From: an uncultured archaeon
GTDB lineage: Archaea; Aenigmatarchaeota; Aenigmatarchaeia; QMZP01; JACQNV01
DNA: 64,000 bases
NCBI GenBank assembly: GCA_964410585.1
Contig: CAYPFW010000002.1
Span: forward strand, 64,001-128,000
Reading direction: 5' to 3'
The stretch's first letter is position 1; each line of letters opens with the position of its first letter. The position numbers and the translations under genes were made by a program. Shown piece by piece: positions 1-8,454 of this stretch. A model generated the notes under the pieces. The model was not told where the DNA came from and did no database searches. It saw nothing but the letters and a program-made list of their open reading frames with translations.

Positions 1-129
1 ATGTCTTTTGCTTTTTAAGATATAACCATCACCAAACATTATACCTAAAAACTCAGAAAGATCTTTAGAGCGTTTTGGTATCTTTATATTTCTTAAATTA
101 TCACTTATCGAGAAATCTATATTTTCCAT
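1..129 (-). CDS. LAGLIDADG-family endonuclease, N-terminal part (runs off window)
   Basis: Hand translation MENIDFSISDNLRNIKIPKRSKDLSEFLGIMFGDGYILKSKRH. LSEFLGIMFGDG is a LAGLIDADG helix. SD-like AGGAAGTGA upstream. Not in the ORF track. Confidence 0.7.
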   Translation of the reverse strand, partial: MENIDFSISDNLRNIKIPKRSKDLSEFLGIMFGDGYILKSKRH

Positions 130-207
130 ATACATCACTTCCTTTATGTGATTATAAACCTAACTAGAGGAGCTTGCCAATTTTCCAATAAACTCCTCTA
201 GTCTGTT

Positions 208-321
208 TCACTCCAAAAATTCCCTATATATCCAAATCTCCCTGTCTGTTAGATCTTCGTCTAGTTCAATCAATTTTTGAACTCTTCTGATTTCTGAAAA
301 ACTTGGTTTTTGTATTTCCAT
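208..321 (-). CDS. small hypothetical protein (37 aa; may start at 378)
   Basis: MEIQKPSFSEIRRVQKLIELDEDLTDREIWIYREFLE preceded by strong SD AAGGAGGA. Confidence 0.5.
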   Translation of the reverse strand: MEIQKPSFSEIRRVQKLIELDEDLTDREIWIYREFLE

Positions 322-508
322 AAATCCTCCTTCAGCTGACGCCATTTTGACTTCAGCCTTCGACTTATTTTCTACCATTTTGTGTGGGTGAGGGTCGAGG
401 AAGTGGAAACTCCTGAGACCCTGACTCAGATGGAAACAGGTCTAACCAATTTGACAAGACCTGTTTCGGTATCCGTAGAAGTTGTGATTGAGCAAACCAA
501 AAGAAAAA

Positions 509-571
509 AGCGAAACCCAAAACCATTAAATGCCTAACTGAGCGAAAGCGAAGTGGCTTTTATGGTTTTGA
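509..571. repeat. hairpin with GAGC-GAAA-GCGAAG apex, related to the dispersed hairpin family
   Basis: CAAAACCAT...ATGGTTTTG stem; apex resembles those at 6973 and 30467. Confidence 0.45.
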
Positions 572-584
572 ACTCTTGACTGGG

Positions 585-601
585 TTTACAACTTTTGTAA
601 A
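585..601. promoter_or_regulatory. palindromic operator TTTACA-N5-TGTAAA (putative BlaI/CopY-family site) next to a TATA box
   Basis: TTTACAacttTTGTAAA followed by TTTATAAA at 604; same motif at 18551, 19816, 19873. Confidence 0.65.
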
Positions 602-631
602 TCTTTATAAATAAGTTAGACAAGATTGAAT

Positions 632-1111
632 ATGTCATACAAACTAAATAGCTTGGCTCTAATTGTTATTTCTATAGTTCTTGCTCTACATGTAGCCTCT
701 TATACAGAAGAAATAATTCAGCTTCAGCTTCAACTACACAAAACATGCGATCTACCTGCTAACATTTGTCCAGCTAGGCAAATTCCTCCACAATCAATGA
801 TAGGCTATTTCATTGCAGGTGTGATTTTTGTATTAGGCCTCTATAATCTGTTTTATGATAGGCGATCAAAAAAAGTGAAAGTGAAAGAATCAAAAGATGC
901 GGAAAAAATTGTTGACTCTTTGTCAGAAGAAGAAAAACTTGTCTATTCAAAAATAAAGGAATCAGAAGGCGCAGCTTTCCAAAGTGAGCTTGTTGAAAAG
1001 TCGGGTTTGGACAAAGTCAAGGTTACACGAATTTTGGACAAACTCGAGGGCAAAGGTTTAGTTGAAAGGAAGAGAAGAGGAATGAGCAATGTTGTTGTGT
1101 TGAAGCACTAA
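632..1111 (+). CDS. membrane-anchored wHTH (MarR-like) transcriptional regulator
   Basis: Two TM segments with a CDLPANICP loop; C-terminal QSELVEKSGLDKVKVTRILDKLEGKGLVERKRRGM wHTH. Confidence 0.8.
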   Translation: MSYKLNSLALIVISIVLALHVASYTEEIIQLQLQLHKTCDLPANICPARQIPPQSMIGYFIAGVIFVLGLYNLFYDRRSKKVKVKESKDAEKIVDSLSEEEKLVYSKIKESEGAAFQSELVEKSGLDKVKVTRILDKLEGKGLVERKRRGMSNVVVLKH

Positions 1112-1297
1112 GGTTTTGACCGTAGTGTAGTTTCCTTTCTATCTGTGTTAAGTTCGTGGTATACTACAGTTCTAAATACAATTATTTCTTTGTATATTGT
1201 TTTCATCATCCTATTGTGCGATGATGTCAAAATATCTCATGAACAGTTAGCAGAGTAATCTGTTAATTTGAGACACGATTTTTATGATAAAAGCTTA

Positions 1298-1380
1298 GTG
1301 GAAGGCGTAAAAAATTGCAAGCAACAGCGCAGCAATTTTTAGCCTCCTTTTTGGATCAACCCTTTTTGAAAAAGGGTTGA
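1298..1380. repeat. dispersed double-hairpin repeat, copy 1
   Basis: GGAAGGCGTAAAAAATTGC..GCAATTTTTAGCCTCC plus TCAACCCTTTT/AAAAGGGTTGA; related copies at 6935 and 30448. Confidence 0.75.
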
Positions 1381-1453
1381 AACTAGTTTCAAACATAGGG
1401 TTATATGCTGTTTCTTACTAGAAGTGTTATTAAAAATCATGGGCCAGAAGTCC

Positions 1454-1499
1454 ATGGAGGGTTAGAGGAACCGGAAACAATTGAACTGCAGGTTCCCTA
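1454..1499 (+). repeat. 46-bp leader element, identical to 21192-21237
   Basis: ATGGAGGGTTAGAGGAACCGGAAACAATTGAACTGCAGGTTCCCTA; GGAACC/GGTTCC stem. Confidence 0.9.
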
Positions 1500-1511
1500 T
1501 GAAGGAGAACT

Positions 1512-2150
1512 ATGAATAAAAAGAACTTGGAAACTGCGCTTTATGTCTTGGTGGTCCTTACACTGGCAGTAACAGCATTCAACCAATATGAAATATACAA
1601 TGTCAGTGGAATGGTTGGCATGAAGTCTGTGAGTGCATCTAGTCCAAGCTCTGGAAGCTCTGCAAACACTGTTGATTTGTCACAGTATTTACCTAAAGGT
1701 GTCCCAGCTGTATATGGTCCTGAACTAAAAGTCTCTTTTGATGATGCAGTTGGTGGGTTGAACATACTATCTGCAATGGATTGGGACTTGACAAAAGAAG
1801 ATAGCCCAAATGGACTGAGCATGAAGTTCTCAGACCTAACAGATGAACAAAAGGCAAGGTACATAAAAATTGGCTCAAGTATAGCTTGTGAATATTGTTG
1901 CGGCGCAAAAACACTTGTCATGAAAAATGGCCAGCCAGCATGTGGTTGTTCACATTCAGCAGCAATGAGAGCACTGACAAAATACTTGCTGACAAAGCAT
2001 GGAAGCGAATACACAGATGAACAAATACTTGATGAGCTGGTCAAATGGAAAACATTGTTCTTCCCAAAACAGATGACAGCAAAGCTTGCACAACAAAGCG
2101 GGAAAACAATTAGTTCAAGCCAAGCACCTGATATGGTTGGGGGTTGTTAG
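1512..2150 (+). CDS. membrane-anchored Cys-cluster protein (CEYCCG..CGCSH) with C-terminal PDMVGGC
   Basis: N-terminal TM; motif shared with 20439..21173; ends MVGGC. Confidence 0.8.
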   Translation: MNKKNLETALYVLVVLTLAVTAFNQYEIYNVSGMVGMKSVSASSPSSGSSANTVDLSQYLPKGVPAVYGPELKVSFDDAVGGLNILSAMDWDLTKEDSPNGLSMKFSDLTDEQKARYIKIGSSIACEYCCGAKTLVMKNGQPACGCSHSAAMRALTKYLLTKHGSEYTDEQILDELVKWKTLFFPKQMTAKLAQQSGKTISSSQAPDMVGGC

Positions 2151-2196
2151 AACCCCTTTACTTTATTTTCAGTTAAAACAAAATGAGGTGATTTGT

Positions 2197-2466
2197 ATGG
2201 AAAAAGAAATATTGCTTGTGGCAATACTTGGAATAATCTTGCTGATAGGAATTGTACAATTAATACAACTTAATGGCATTTCAGCAAAGCTTGTCGGAGG
2301 AGTAGCTTTGTCCTCAAGTTCTGGATCTCAGGCAGGGGCAATAGATACAAGCCAAATGACAGCAAATGAAAAAATGAACTATGAAATGCACGGAATAATT
2401 CCAGAAAGATTTGGTTCAAGTGGTAGCGGTGCTTCAGCTTTACCAAACATGGTAGGTGGATGTTAA
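2197..2466 (+). CDS. small membrane-anchored protein ending LPNMVGGC
   Basis: SD GAGGTG before ATG 2197; TM, Ser/Gly linker, MNYEMHG, MVGGC. Confidence 0.8.
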   Translation: MEKEILLVAILGIILLIGIVQLIQLNGISAKLVGGVALSSSSGSQAGAIDTSQMTANEKMNYEMHGIIPERFGSSGSGASALPNMVGGC

Positions 2467-2467
2467 T

Positions 2468-2932
2468 ATGAAGACTTTGGTTTTAGCTGTTTTAGCAATT
2501 GTGGTTTTAGGAGTAGCTGTATCTTTTGGTCTGTTTGGAAACCAGTCACCAAATGGCCCAAGCTACAGTATGCCTATAACTGTTTACAAATCTCAATCCT
2601 GCGGTTGCTGTGATCAGTATATTGGATATCTAAGAGGGAGAGGATTTCAAGTATCTGTAGTTGATACAAATGACATGGATACAATCAAAACAAAGCATGG
2701 GGTCCCAGCATCGATGCAAAGCTGCCACACATCTGCTATAGGAGATTATTTTGTTGAAGGACATGTTCCTATAGAAGCAATAAACAAATTGATTGAAGAA
2801 AAACCAGACATAAAAGGCATTGCTATGCCTGGAATGCCCACAGGATCGCCTGGAATGGGTGGAGTGAAAAATTCACCTTTTACAATATACTCAATATCAG
2901 ATAACGGATCAGCAGAGTTTATGAGGATTTAG
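2468..2932 (+). CDS. DUF411/CopG-like metal-binding protein
   Basis: VYKSQSCGCC, SCHT, VEGHVP, PGMPTGSPGM motifs. Confidence 0.9.
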   Translation: MKTLVLAVLAIVVLGVAVSFGLFGNQSPNGPSYSMPITVYKSQSCGCCDQYIGYLRGRGFQVSVVDTNDMDTIKTKHGVPASMQSCHTSAIGDYFVEGHVPIEAINKLIEEKPDIKGIAMPGMPTGSPGMGGVKNSPFTIYSISDNGSAEFMRI

Positions 2933-2933
2933 T

Positions 2934-4118
2934 ATGAACACAGAAAAAATTAGGAAGGATTTTCCTTGCCTTAGCAAAGAAAGGCCAGTTGTCTACTTTG
3001 ACAATGCATGTATGACTTTGAGACCAAAACAGGTAATAGAAGCAATGAATGAATACTATGAAGAATATCCCGGATGTGGGGGCAGAAGCATGCATAAATT
3101 TGCCAAAAAAACAACTGAAAAATATTCAGAGGCAAGGAAAATTATTTCAAAACATATTGGAGCAAAAAAATCAGAAGAAACAGTATTTACAAGGAACACG
3201 ACAGAAGGAATAAATTTGGTTGCAAATTCCATTGGCCTGAAAAAAAATGAAATTGTTCTAACAACAGATAGGGAACACAACTCCAACCTTATCCCTTGGA
3301 AGGTTTTGGAAAAAAAAGTTGGGATAAAGCACAAATTTATTGAATCGAAAAAAGATTTTACTTTTGATTTAGAAAGGTTCAAAGAAGACGTGAAGCAGTC
3401 AAAGCTTGTTTCACTTGTCCATGCATCAAACATAGATGGGTATACTCTCCCTGCAAAAGAGATAATAAAAATTGCTCACGAAAGCGGTGCGCTTGTTATG
3501 TTGGATGGAGCACAGTATGCTCCGCACAAGGATGTGGATGTTAGAAAATTGGATGTAGATTTCTATGCATTTTCAGGTCACAAGATGCTTGGTCCAAGTG
3601 GAACTGGGGTTTTATATGGAAAATTTGAGCTCTTAGAAAAATTGGATCAATTTATTGTAGGTGGGGAAACAGTAAAGGATTCTACCTATACTTCTTTTGT
3701 CCCCGAAAATATTCCAGAGAGATTTGAAGCTGGCTTGCAAAATTATTCTGGTTTTATTGGTTTGGCTGCGGCTATAAAATACCTAGAGTCTATAGGAAAA
3801 GAGAGTGTTGAAAGGCATGAGAAAGAGCTAAAAAAAATAGCATTCGAGGGCTTGAAACAAATAGATGTAGCCAATATAGTAGGTACCAGTGAGGGCGGAG
3901 TTTTATCATTTAACATAGAAGGATTAGATCCTCATAGTATAGCTATCATCCTCGATAAGTTTGATATAATGATAAGGTCTGGATACCATTGCTGCCATTC
4001 TTGGTTCAATGCAAATAAAATAGAGGGCTCTGCAAGGGCCTCTTTCTATTTTTATAACACAGAAGAAGAAGTAGAGTTTTTCATTAAAAAATTGAAGGAG
4101 ATTTCAAAATTAAGATAA
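2934..4118 (+). CDS. sufS: cysteine desulfurase, SufS-type class V aminotransferase
   Basis: VYFDNA, FTRNTTEGIN, EHNSN, FSGHKMLGP (PLP Lys), RSGYHCC. Confidence 0.85.
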   Translation: MNTEKIRKDFPCLSKERPVVYFDNACMTLRPKQVIEAMNEYYEEYPGCGGRSMHKFAKKTTEKYSEARKIISKHIGAKKSEETVFTRNTTEGINLVANSIGLKKNEIVLTTDREHNSNLIPWKVLEKKVGIKHKFIESKKDFTFDLERFKEDVKQSKLVSLVHASNIDGYTLPAKEIIKIAHESGALVMLDGAQYAPHKDVDVRKLDVDFYAFSGHKMLGPSGTGVLYGKFELLEKLDQFIVGGETVKDSTYTSFVPENIPERFEAGLQNYSGFIGLAAAIKYLESIGKESVERHEKELKKIAFEGLKQIDVANIVGTSEGGVLSFNIEGLDPHSIAIILDKFDIMIRSGYHCCHSWFNANKIEGSARASFYFYNTEEEVEFFIKKLKEISKLR

Positions 4119-4119
4119 T

Positions 4120-5037
4120 ATGGTTTTCTGTATAGTTGCTTTGGTTGTTTTTGGAGTAATGGGGATTTTTTCAGCAAAATATAGAACCTACTTCAAGGAG
4201 GCCTTAAGATGTGTTGGAAGGCAGATGACCCTAAGGAAATGTGACACTGATTTTGACAACAAGGTAAAATCAAAAATAACTGCAAAACTGATGAACCGAA
4301 GTCCAATGGCCGCAAAATTTGTCTACAAAAGATTTTCCTGGATTTCTTGGGCATTTGTCCTGTTAATGTTTTGGAGCATAGCATCTTTGGGAATAGGTGT
4401 ATACAATACCGTTGCATATGGAAATTGTAATGGTGAGGAATCAACTGACTTTTGTATATTCAATCCAGATATGACAGGAAATTCAGGCCACTCTATGCAT
4501 GAGGGCCTGGAAAAAAAGGAGCTAACACCCGCTTCTGTAGATGATGATCCGTTCTTGGGTGGGGAAAATGCAAAAGTTACAATAATCGAGTTTGGATGTT
4601 TCAGATGTAAATATACAAAAAAAGCAGAAGATACAAGAAAGCAAATTTTAGAAAAATATGGTGACAAAGTGAAGTTTGTTTTCAGAAACTTCCCGCTACC
4701 TTCTCACGATTTGAGTAGGGAAACAGCGGAAGCAGCAGACTGCGCTTTGGAGCAAGGCAAATATTGGGAATATCACGACAAGCTTTTTGAAAACCAAAAA
4801 GATATGAGTGTTGAAAAAATAAAAGAAATTCCAAGTGATATTGGTTTGGACACTCAGAAATTCAATGACTGTGTTGACTCCAGAAAATATGAGGATGAGG
4901 TCGAAAAGGACCATCAAGACGGCCTAAAATCCGGAATATATGGAACGCCAACATTTTTCATAAATGGAAGACCTTTAGTAGGTCCAAATACATTCGAGAA
5001 GTTTGTTCAAATAATAGATGAGGAGCTTGCAAAATAA
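4120..5037 (+). CDS. membrane-anchored DsbA/thioredoxin-fold oxidoreductase
   Basis: AKVTIIEFGCFRCKY, FRNFPL, EQGKYWEYHDKLF, GTPTFFING. Confidence 0.85.
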   Translation: MVFCIVALVVFGVMGIFSAKYRTYFKEALRCVGRQMTLRKCDTDFDNKVKSKITAKLMNRSPMAAKFVYKRFSWISWAFVLLMFWSIASLGIGVYNTVAYGNCNGEESTDFCIFNPDMTGNSGHSMHEGLEKKELTPASVDDDPFLGGENAKVTIIEFGCFRCKYTKKAEDTRKQILEKYGDKVKFVFRNFPLPSHDLSRETAEAADCALEQGKYWEYHDKLFENQKDMSVEKIKEIPSDIGLDTQKFNDCVDSRKYEDEVEKDHQDGLKSGIYGTPTFFINGRPLVGPNTFEKFVQIIDEELAK

Positions 5038-5039
5038 AT

Positions 5040-5471
5040 ATGAAAAAGTCAGGAAGGAAAAAAGACGGCAAGAAGATATTTGGAATAGCTGGAGGAGTCT
5101 CTGGGGCTGGAAGTGTGATCTCTGCTCATAATGTATGTCATGCACTTTGTATGGCTGTTGTTGCTTTCCTTTCTATCTTCGGAATAATCGTTTCAGCTGA
5201 TGTCTTAATGTGGCTTCAGGACTATAATTTATTTTTCTGGTCAATGGGAACTGTTTTCCTTGGAATGTCTCTCATATTATTATACATAAAGGGAAACTGT
5301 ATTTCCAAGAAAATGATTGTTCTGAATGTAGGCCTTCTAATCATTGGTTTTCCATTTTTACAAAATTGGATAATTTGGGCTCCAGGAATCTTAGTTGTTT
5401 TGTTTTCAATTGGCTGGTATTTGAGAGATAGATTCTGGCCTAATTTGTTTTTGAAGGGGGTGAGCGCATGA
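5040..5471 (+). CDS. MerC/MerT-like 4-TM protein with CHALC motif
   Basis: Hydrophobic segments; HNVCHALC near TM1. Confidence 0.6.
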   Translation: MKKSGRKKDGKKIFGIAGGVSGAGSVISAHNVCHALCMAVVAFLSIFGIIVSADVLMWLQDYNLFFWSMGTVFLGMSLILLYIKGNCISKKMIVLNVGLLIIGFPFLQNWIIWAPGILVVLFSIGWYLRDRFWPNLFLKGVSA

Positions 5472-5767
5472 AAAATGAATATCTTCTATATGCAATAATA
5501 ATTTTTGGAGTTGTAATACTTGTTTGGAGTATAACAAGCATGGTTCAATCAAATGCGGTTGGAAGTGCAAAATTTAATTATTATCAATCACAAGCACAGC
5601 AAGCTGGAAGTGAATGTGGTGATATGAAAGATTTGGGAAATGTTCAGCACTTGAGTCACCATCCAGATAGATATGCAGATTGTATAAAACAAGTTGATCC
5701 GCAAATCTTCGAGCAAGCAGTTGGTCAACCAAAAGAGGAGTGGATGAAAGAAAATGGAATAAACTAA
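5468..5767 (+). CDS. membrane-anchored hypothetical protein (C..HLSHH..C)
   Basis: ATGA overlap, SD GGGGGTGA, N-terminal TM. Confidence 0.7.
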   Translation: MKNEYLLYAIIIFGVVILVWSITSMVQSNAVGSAKFNYYQSQAQQAGSECGDMKDLGNVQHLSHHPDRYADCIKQVDPQIFEQAVGQPKEEWMKENGIN

Positions 5768-5782
5768 ATGGAGGAGTAGTAT

Positions 5783-5839
5783 ATGGATTGTTGTAAATCA
5801 GATAAGGGAAAATCAAAAAAGAAGAAGTGTTGCTGCTAA
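5783..5839 (+). CDS. Cys/Lys-rich micropeptide MDCCKSDKGKSKKKKCCC
   Basis: SD GGAGG at 5770; in operon; tail resembles 7763..7801. Confidence 0.6.
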   Translation: MDCCKSDKGKSKKKKCCC

Positions 5840-5930
5840 ACTAAGTTGCGATGTTGTGTTTCACATCAGCGAAACAGCTGTAAAGAAAACACTAAATTAG
5901 CCAAATAGCTGGAAGTAGTGGGTAATAGAT

Positions 5931-6716
5931 ATGGGTTTCATAGATGAATATTTCCTGAATCCAATGGGGCACTACTATACTGTTCCGGCGATGCTTCTGT
6001 ATGGAGCACTTTTTGTTATTGCAATCTATCTATCATATAAGTACATACTAAAAAAAATTGGCTTGAAAATAGATTTGATTTTTATAATTTCCCTAATTCC
6101 ATTTATAATTTTTGGTGGCTCGGCGAGAGCCTTGAAAGATGGTGGATTCTATACAGGGTTTTTCTTCATGTCGCCTGGAATTTATGTAACTGTGTTTTTC
6201 ATAACTCTACTATCCTTACTTGTATCGATCCTTGTTCAGAAAAAATTTAAAATCGCATACTGGAAGCTGATGGTTTTGATTGGAAGCGTTTTAGTTTTGT
6301 TTAATGTCTTTCAGGTTCTTTCAATAGGCATACAAAACATGAGTGCAATTTACATACTTCTTGGCCTGTATTTTGCCTGGGGTCTGGCTTTCTTTGGCAT
6401 AAATAAAATCTATCCAAAACTAAGTATAGAAAATTCAATTGTTTTGTTTTCCCAAATGATGGATGCCACGCAAACATTTATTGCCGTGACTGTTTTTGGT
6501 TATGGACAACAGTTTCCAATAGTTAGCGGTTTGACATCTTTGTTTGGTCCGTGGGTGATATTCCCAGTTAAACTGATAATTGTGTATACTGCCCTTTATT
6601 TTTTGGACAAGGAAACATCAAACTCAGACATGAAAAATTGGATAAAAATTGGAATAATAATACTTGGCATGCCAATGGGAATAAGGGGTATGTTGAGATT
6701 GGCTATGGGCGTATAG
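5931..6716 (+). CDS. DUF63-family multi-pass membrane protein
   Basis: LIPFIIFGGSARALKD, SPGIY, QMMDATQTF, GMPMGIRGMLR. Confidence 0.75.
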   Translation: MGFIDEYFLNPMGHYYTVPAMLLYGALFVIAIYLSYKYILKKIGLKIDLIFIISLIPFIIFGGSARALKDGGFYTGFFFMSPGIYVTVFFITLLSLLVSILVQKKFKIAYWKLMVLIGSVLVLFNVFQVLSIGIQNMSAIYILLGLYFAWGLAFFGINKIYPKLSIENSIVLFSQMMDATQTFIAVTVFGYGQQFPIVSGLTSLFGPWVIFPVKLIIVYTALYFLDKETSNSDMKNWIKIGIIILGMPMGIRGMLRLAMGV

Positions 6717-6747
6717 TATTAAATCTGATGAATAGTATGGAGGTAAA

Positions 6748-6975
6748 ATGAAAAAGCATTCAAAGTGTAATAATTGGATGATGTTGTTGTGTTTCGCGCC
6801 TGTGTTTGTTTTGATTTTAGTAAAAGTGTTTTTCCCTACATTTGCTTATTTGTCCATCCTTGCTTTGCTTATTTGTCCAATATCAATGGGATTGATGATG
6901 GTTATGGACAGGGGAAATAATCACTGTAAAATAAATGGAAGGCGTAAACTTAATGGAAGCCGTAAAAATTTCTGA
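6748..6975 (+). CDS. DUF2933-like small membrane protein; C-terminus runs into a repeat
   Basis: SD GGAGGT; MMLLC and LLICPISM motifs. Confidence 0.65.
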   Translation: MKKHSKCNNWMMLLCFAPVFVLILVKVFFPTFAYLSILALLICPISMGLMMVMDRGNNHCKINGRRKLNGSRKNF

Positions 6976-7034
6976 GTCGAGACGAAGAAATTTTAGGCTC
7001 CTTTTTTGATTAACCTTTTTCTCAAAAAGGTTAA
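6935..7034. repeat. dispersed double-hairpin repeat, copy 2 (duplicated left end)
   Basis: ATGGAAGGCGTAAA then ATGGAAGCCGTAAAAATTTC..GAAATTTTAGGCTCC plus TTAACCTTTTT/AAAAAGGTTAA. Confidence 0.75.
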
Positions 7035-7048
7035 GGGGGTGGAAAAAT

Positions 7049-7375
7049 ATGAACAATACAATAGGCAAATTGGTTCCGTACATAGTCGTTGCCTTGCTTG
7101 TCGGTGGTATTGTTGGTTATGTCATAGGACAATCCAATCAAAAATTTTCAAGCAGCTATATGCAAGAAACATCTTCCATGATGGGTAACAACGGAAATAT
7201 GATGATGCAAATGGGCAAGATGATGATGAATTCGGGTCAAATGATGCAACAAAAAGGATCCACATACAATGACACTGAAATGATGAACACGGGAAAAGAC
7301 CTAGAAAGCAGTGGATCAATGATGCAAAACAGTGGAACCGACATGCTAAAAAGAAGTACTGGAATGATGCAGTAA
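7049..7375 (+). CDS. Met-rich exported protein, putative Cu(I)/Ag(I) binder
   Basis: TM followed by MMMQMGKMMMNSGQMMQ-type helices. Confidence 0.7.
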   Translation: MNNTIGKLVPYIVVALLVGGIVGYVIGQSNQKFSSSYMQETSSMMGNNGNMMMQMGKMMMNSGQMMQQKGSTYNDTEMMNTGKDLESSGSMMQNSGTDMLKRSTGMMQ

Positions 7376-7384
7376 TTGTTTAAT

Positions 7385-7417
7385 ATACAAAGATAATTTA
7401 TTTTTTTATCTTTGTAT
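7385..7417. terminator. 12-bp inverted repeat after the Met-rich gene
   Basis: ATACAAAGATAA..TTATCTTTGTAT. Confidence 0.5.
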
Positions 7418-7496
7418 CAGCATCTAACAGTATGCAGAGCAACATTGCTAAAATTTGATACTATAATCATATAATGGATCTAATGGAGGTGAAAAC

Positions 7497-7751
7497 ATGG
7501 GAAATTTTTCAGAAATAAATAGCCAAGCATTTGGGATATCGTTTGCAATAGTTGGTTTTATTGGTTGGGTAATTGGTTTAGGATGGCACGGAATGATGGG
7601 TCAGCCAACTATGATGGGAGTGATGTACCAAGGGTTTTCATATATGAATCCGATTAACTCAGCAAGCATGCTTTTGCTTTTCGTAGTTGGCGGATACATA
7701 GCAGGCGAGCTTATAGCAAGGTTTTACAATTGGGCTTTGAAAAGAAAATAG
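7497..7751 (+). CDS. small 2-TM protein (DUF5676-like)
   Basis: SD GGAGGTGA; WHGMM..MM loop; ends FYNW. Confidence 0.7.
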   Translation: MGNFSEINSQAFGISFAIVGFIGWVIGLGWHGMMGQPTMMGVMYQGFSYMNPINSASMLLLFVVGGYIAGELIARFYNWALKRK

Positions 7752-7762
7752 GGGGTGAAAAT

Positions 7763-7801
7763 ATGGGACCAAAAAAGAAAAAGAAGGGGTGCTGTTGCTA
7801 A
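7763..7801 (+). CDS. micropeptide MGPKKKKKGCCC
   Basis: SD GGGGGTGA; fills the gap, next ATG at 7804. Confidence 0.6.
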   Translation: MGPKKKKKGCCC

Positions 7802-7803
7802 AT

Positions 7804-8061
7804 ATGGAAAAATTAAACTCAAAAAGACTAGGCTTAGCTGGTGGAATAGTTGGGGGAGCAGTTGCGTTCATTACAACATTGTTTAGTGTCGCAACAGGAT
7901 ATGGAACAACATTTTTGCAAGTATATGCAAGTCTACATCCATTCTATTCAATTAGCATAGTAGGTGCTTTTTTAGCGCTTGTTTATTCCTTCATATGCTG
8001 GTTTGTGATGGGTTTTGTCTTGGCCAAGATTTATAATTGGCTTGGCAGAAAAGAGAAATAG
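7804..8061 (+). CDS. small 2-TM protein (holin-like/DUF5676-like)
   Basis: KLNSKRLGLAGG..IYNWL; similar architecture to 7497..7751. Confidence 0.7.
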   Translation: MEKLNSKRLGLAGGIVGGAVAFITTLFSVATGYGTTFLQVYASLHPFYSISIVGAFLALVYSFICWFVMGFVLAKIYNWLGRKEK

Positions 8062-8454
8062 ATGAAAAGAAATTTTGTGTATGGAATAAGCTCTTCAATT
8101 TTGGCTTTTTTAGTTTTAGGAATACCCACAGATCTTATTCCAAATGATTTTTTCAAAAGGATGACACCTATTACTATTTTTGATTATATTTTTTTGCTTC
8201 TTGTTCCTATTTTGTTTGGGATTTCCATTTTTCTGTACGCAAAAAATAAACAGTCGAGGAAGAAAACCTGTGTAGTAGGAGGTGGACTGGTTTCAGGTTG
8301 GCTAGCCGTGATTTGTCCAATATGCACTTCTTTCCTTGTGTATGTTTTTGGCGCTTCTTTTCTGCTAACTTATTTTGATCCAATAAGGCCGCTGTTTGGT
8401 GCTTTTAGTGTTATGATACTTGGGTTGTTGATTTATTTGCAAAAGAAAAATTAG
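8062..8454 (+). CDS. 4-TM protein with CPIC motif
   Basis: PTDLIPNDFFKRMTP, LAVICPIC. Confidence 0.7.
   Translation: MKRNFVYGISSSILAFLVLGIPTDLIPNDFFKRMTPITIFDYIFLLLVPILFGISIFLYAKNKQSRKKTCVVGGGLVSGWLAVICPICTSFLVYVFGASFLLTYFDPIRPLFGAFSVMILGLLIYLQKKN

Noticed and set aside
1454-1499. 46-bp element as a SECIS, with GGC tails as selenoprotein ends
   Set aside because: All three MVGGC genes end in TAG or TAA, no in-frame TGA was seen, and the archaeal SECIS geometry is not matched.
1405-1515. 36-aa ORF reading through the 46-bp element
   Set aside because: The same frame in copy 2 has no ATG and stops at once; exact DNA identity argues for a non-coding role. Not fully excluded.
7804-8061. Prophage suggested by a holin-like protein
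   Set aside because: No capsid, terminase or integrase genes; the context is metal homeostasis.
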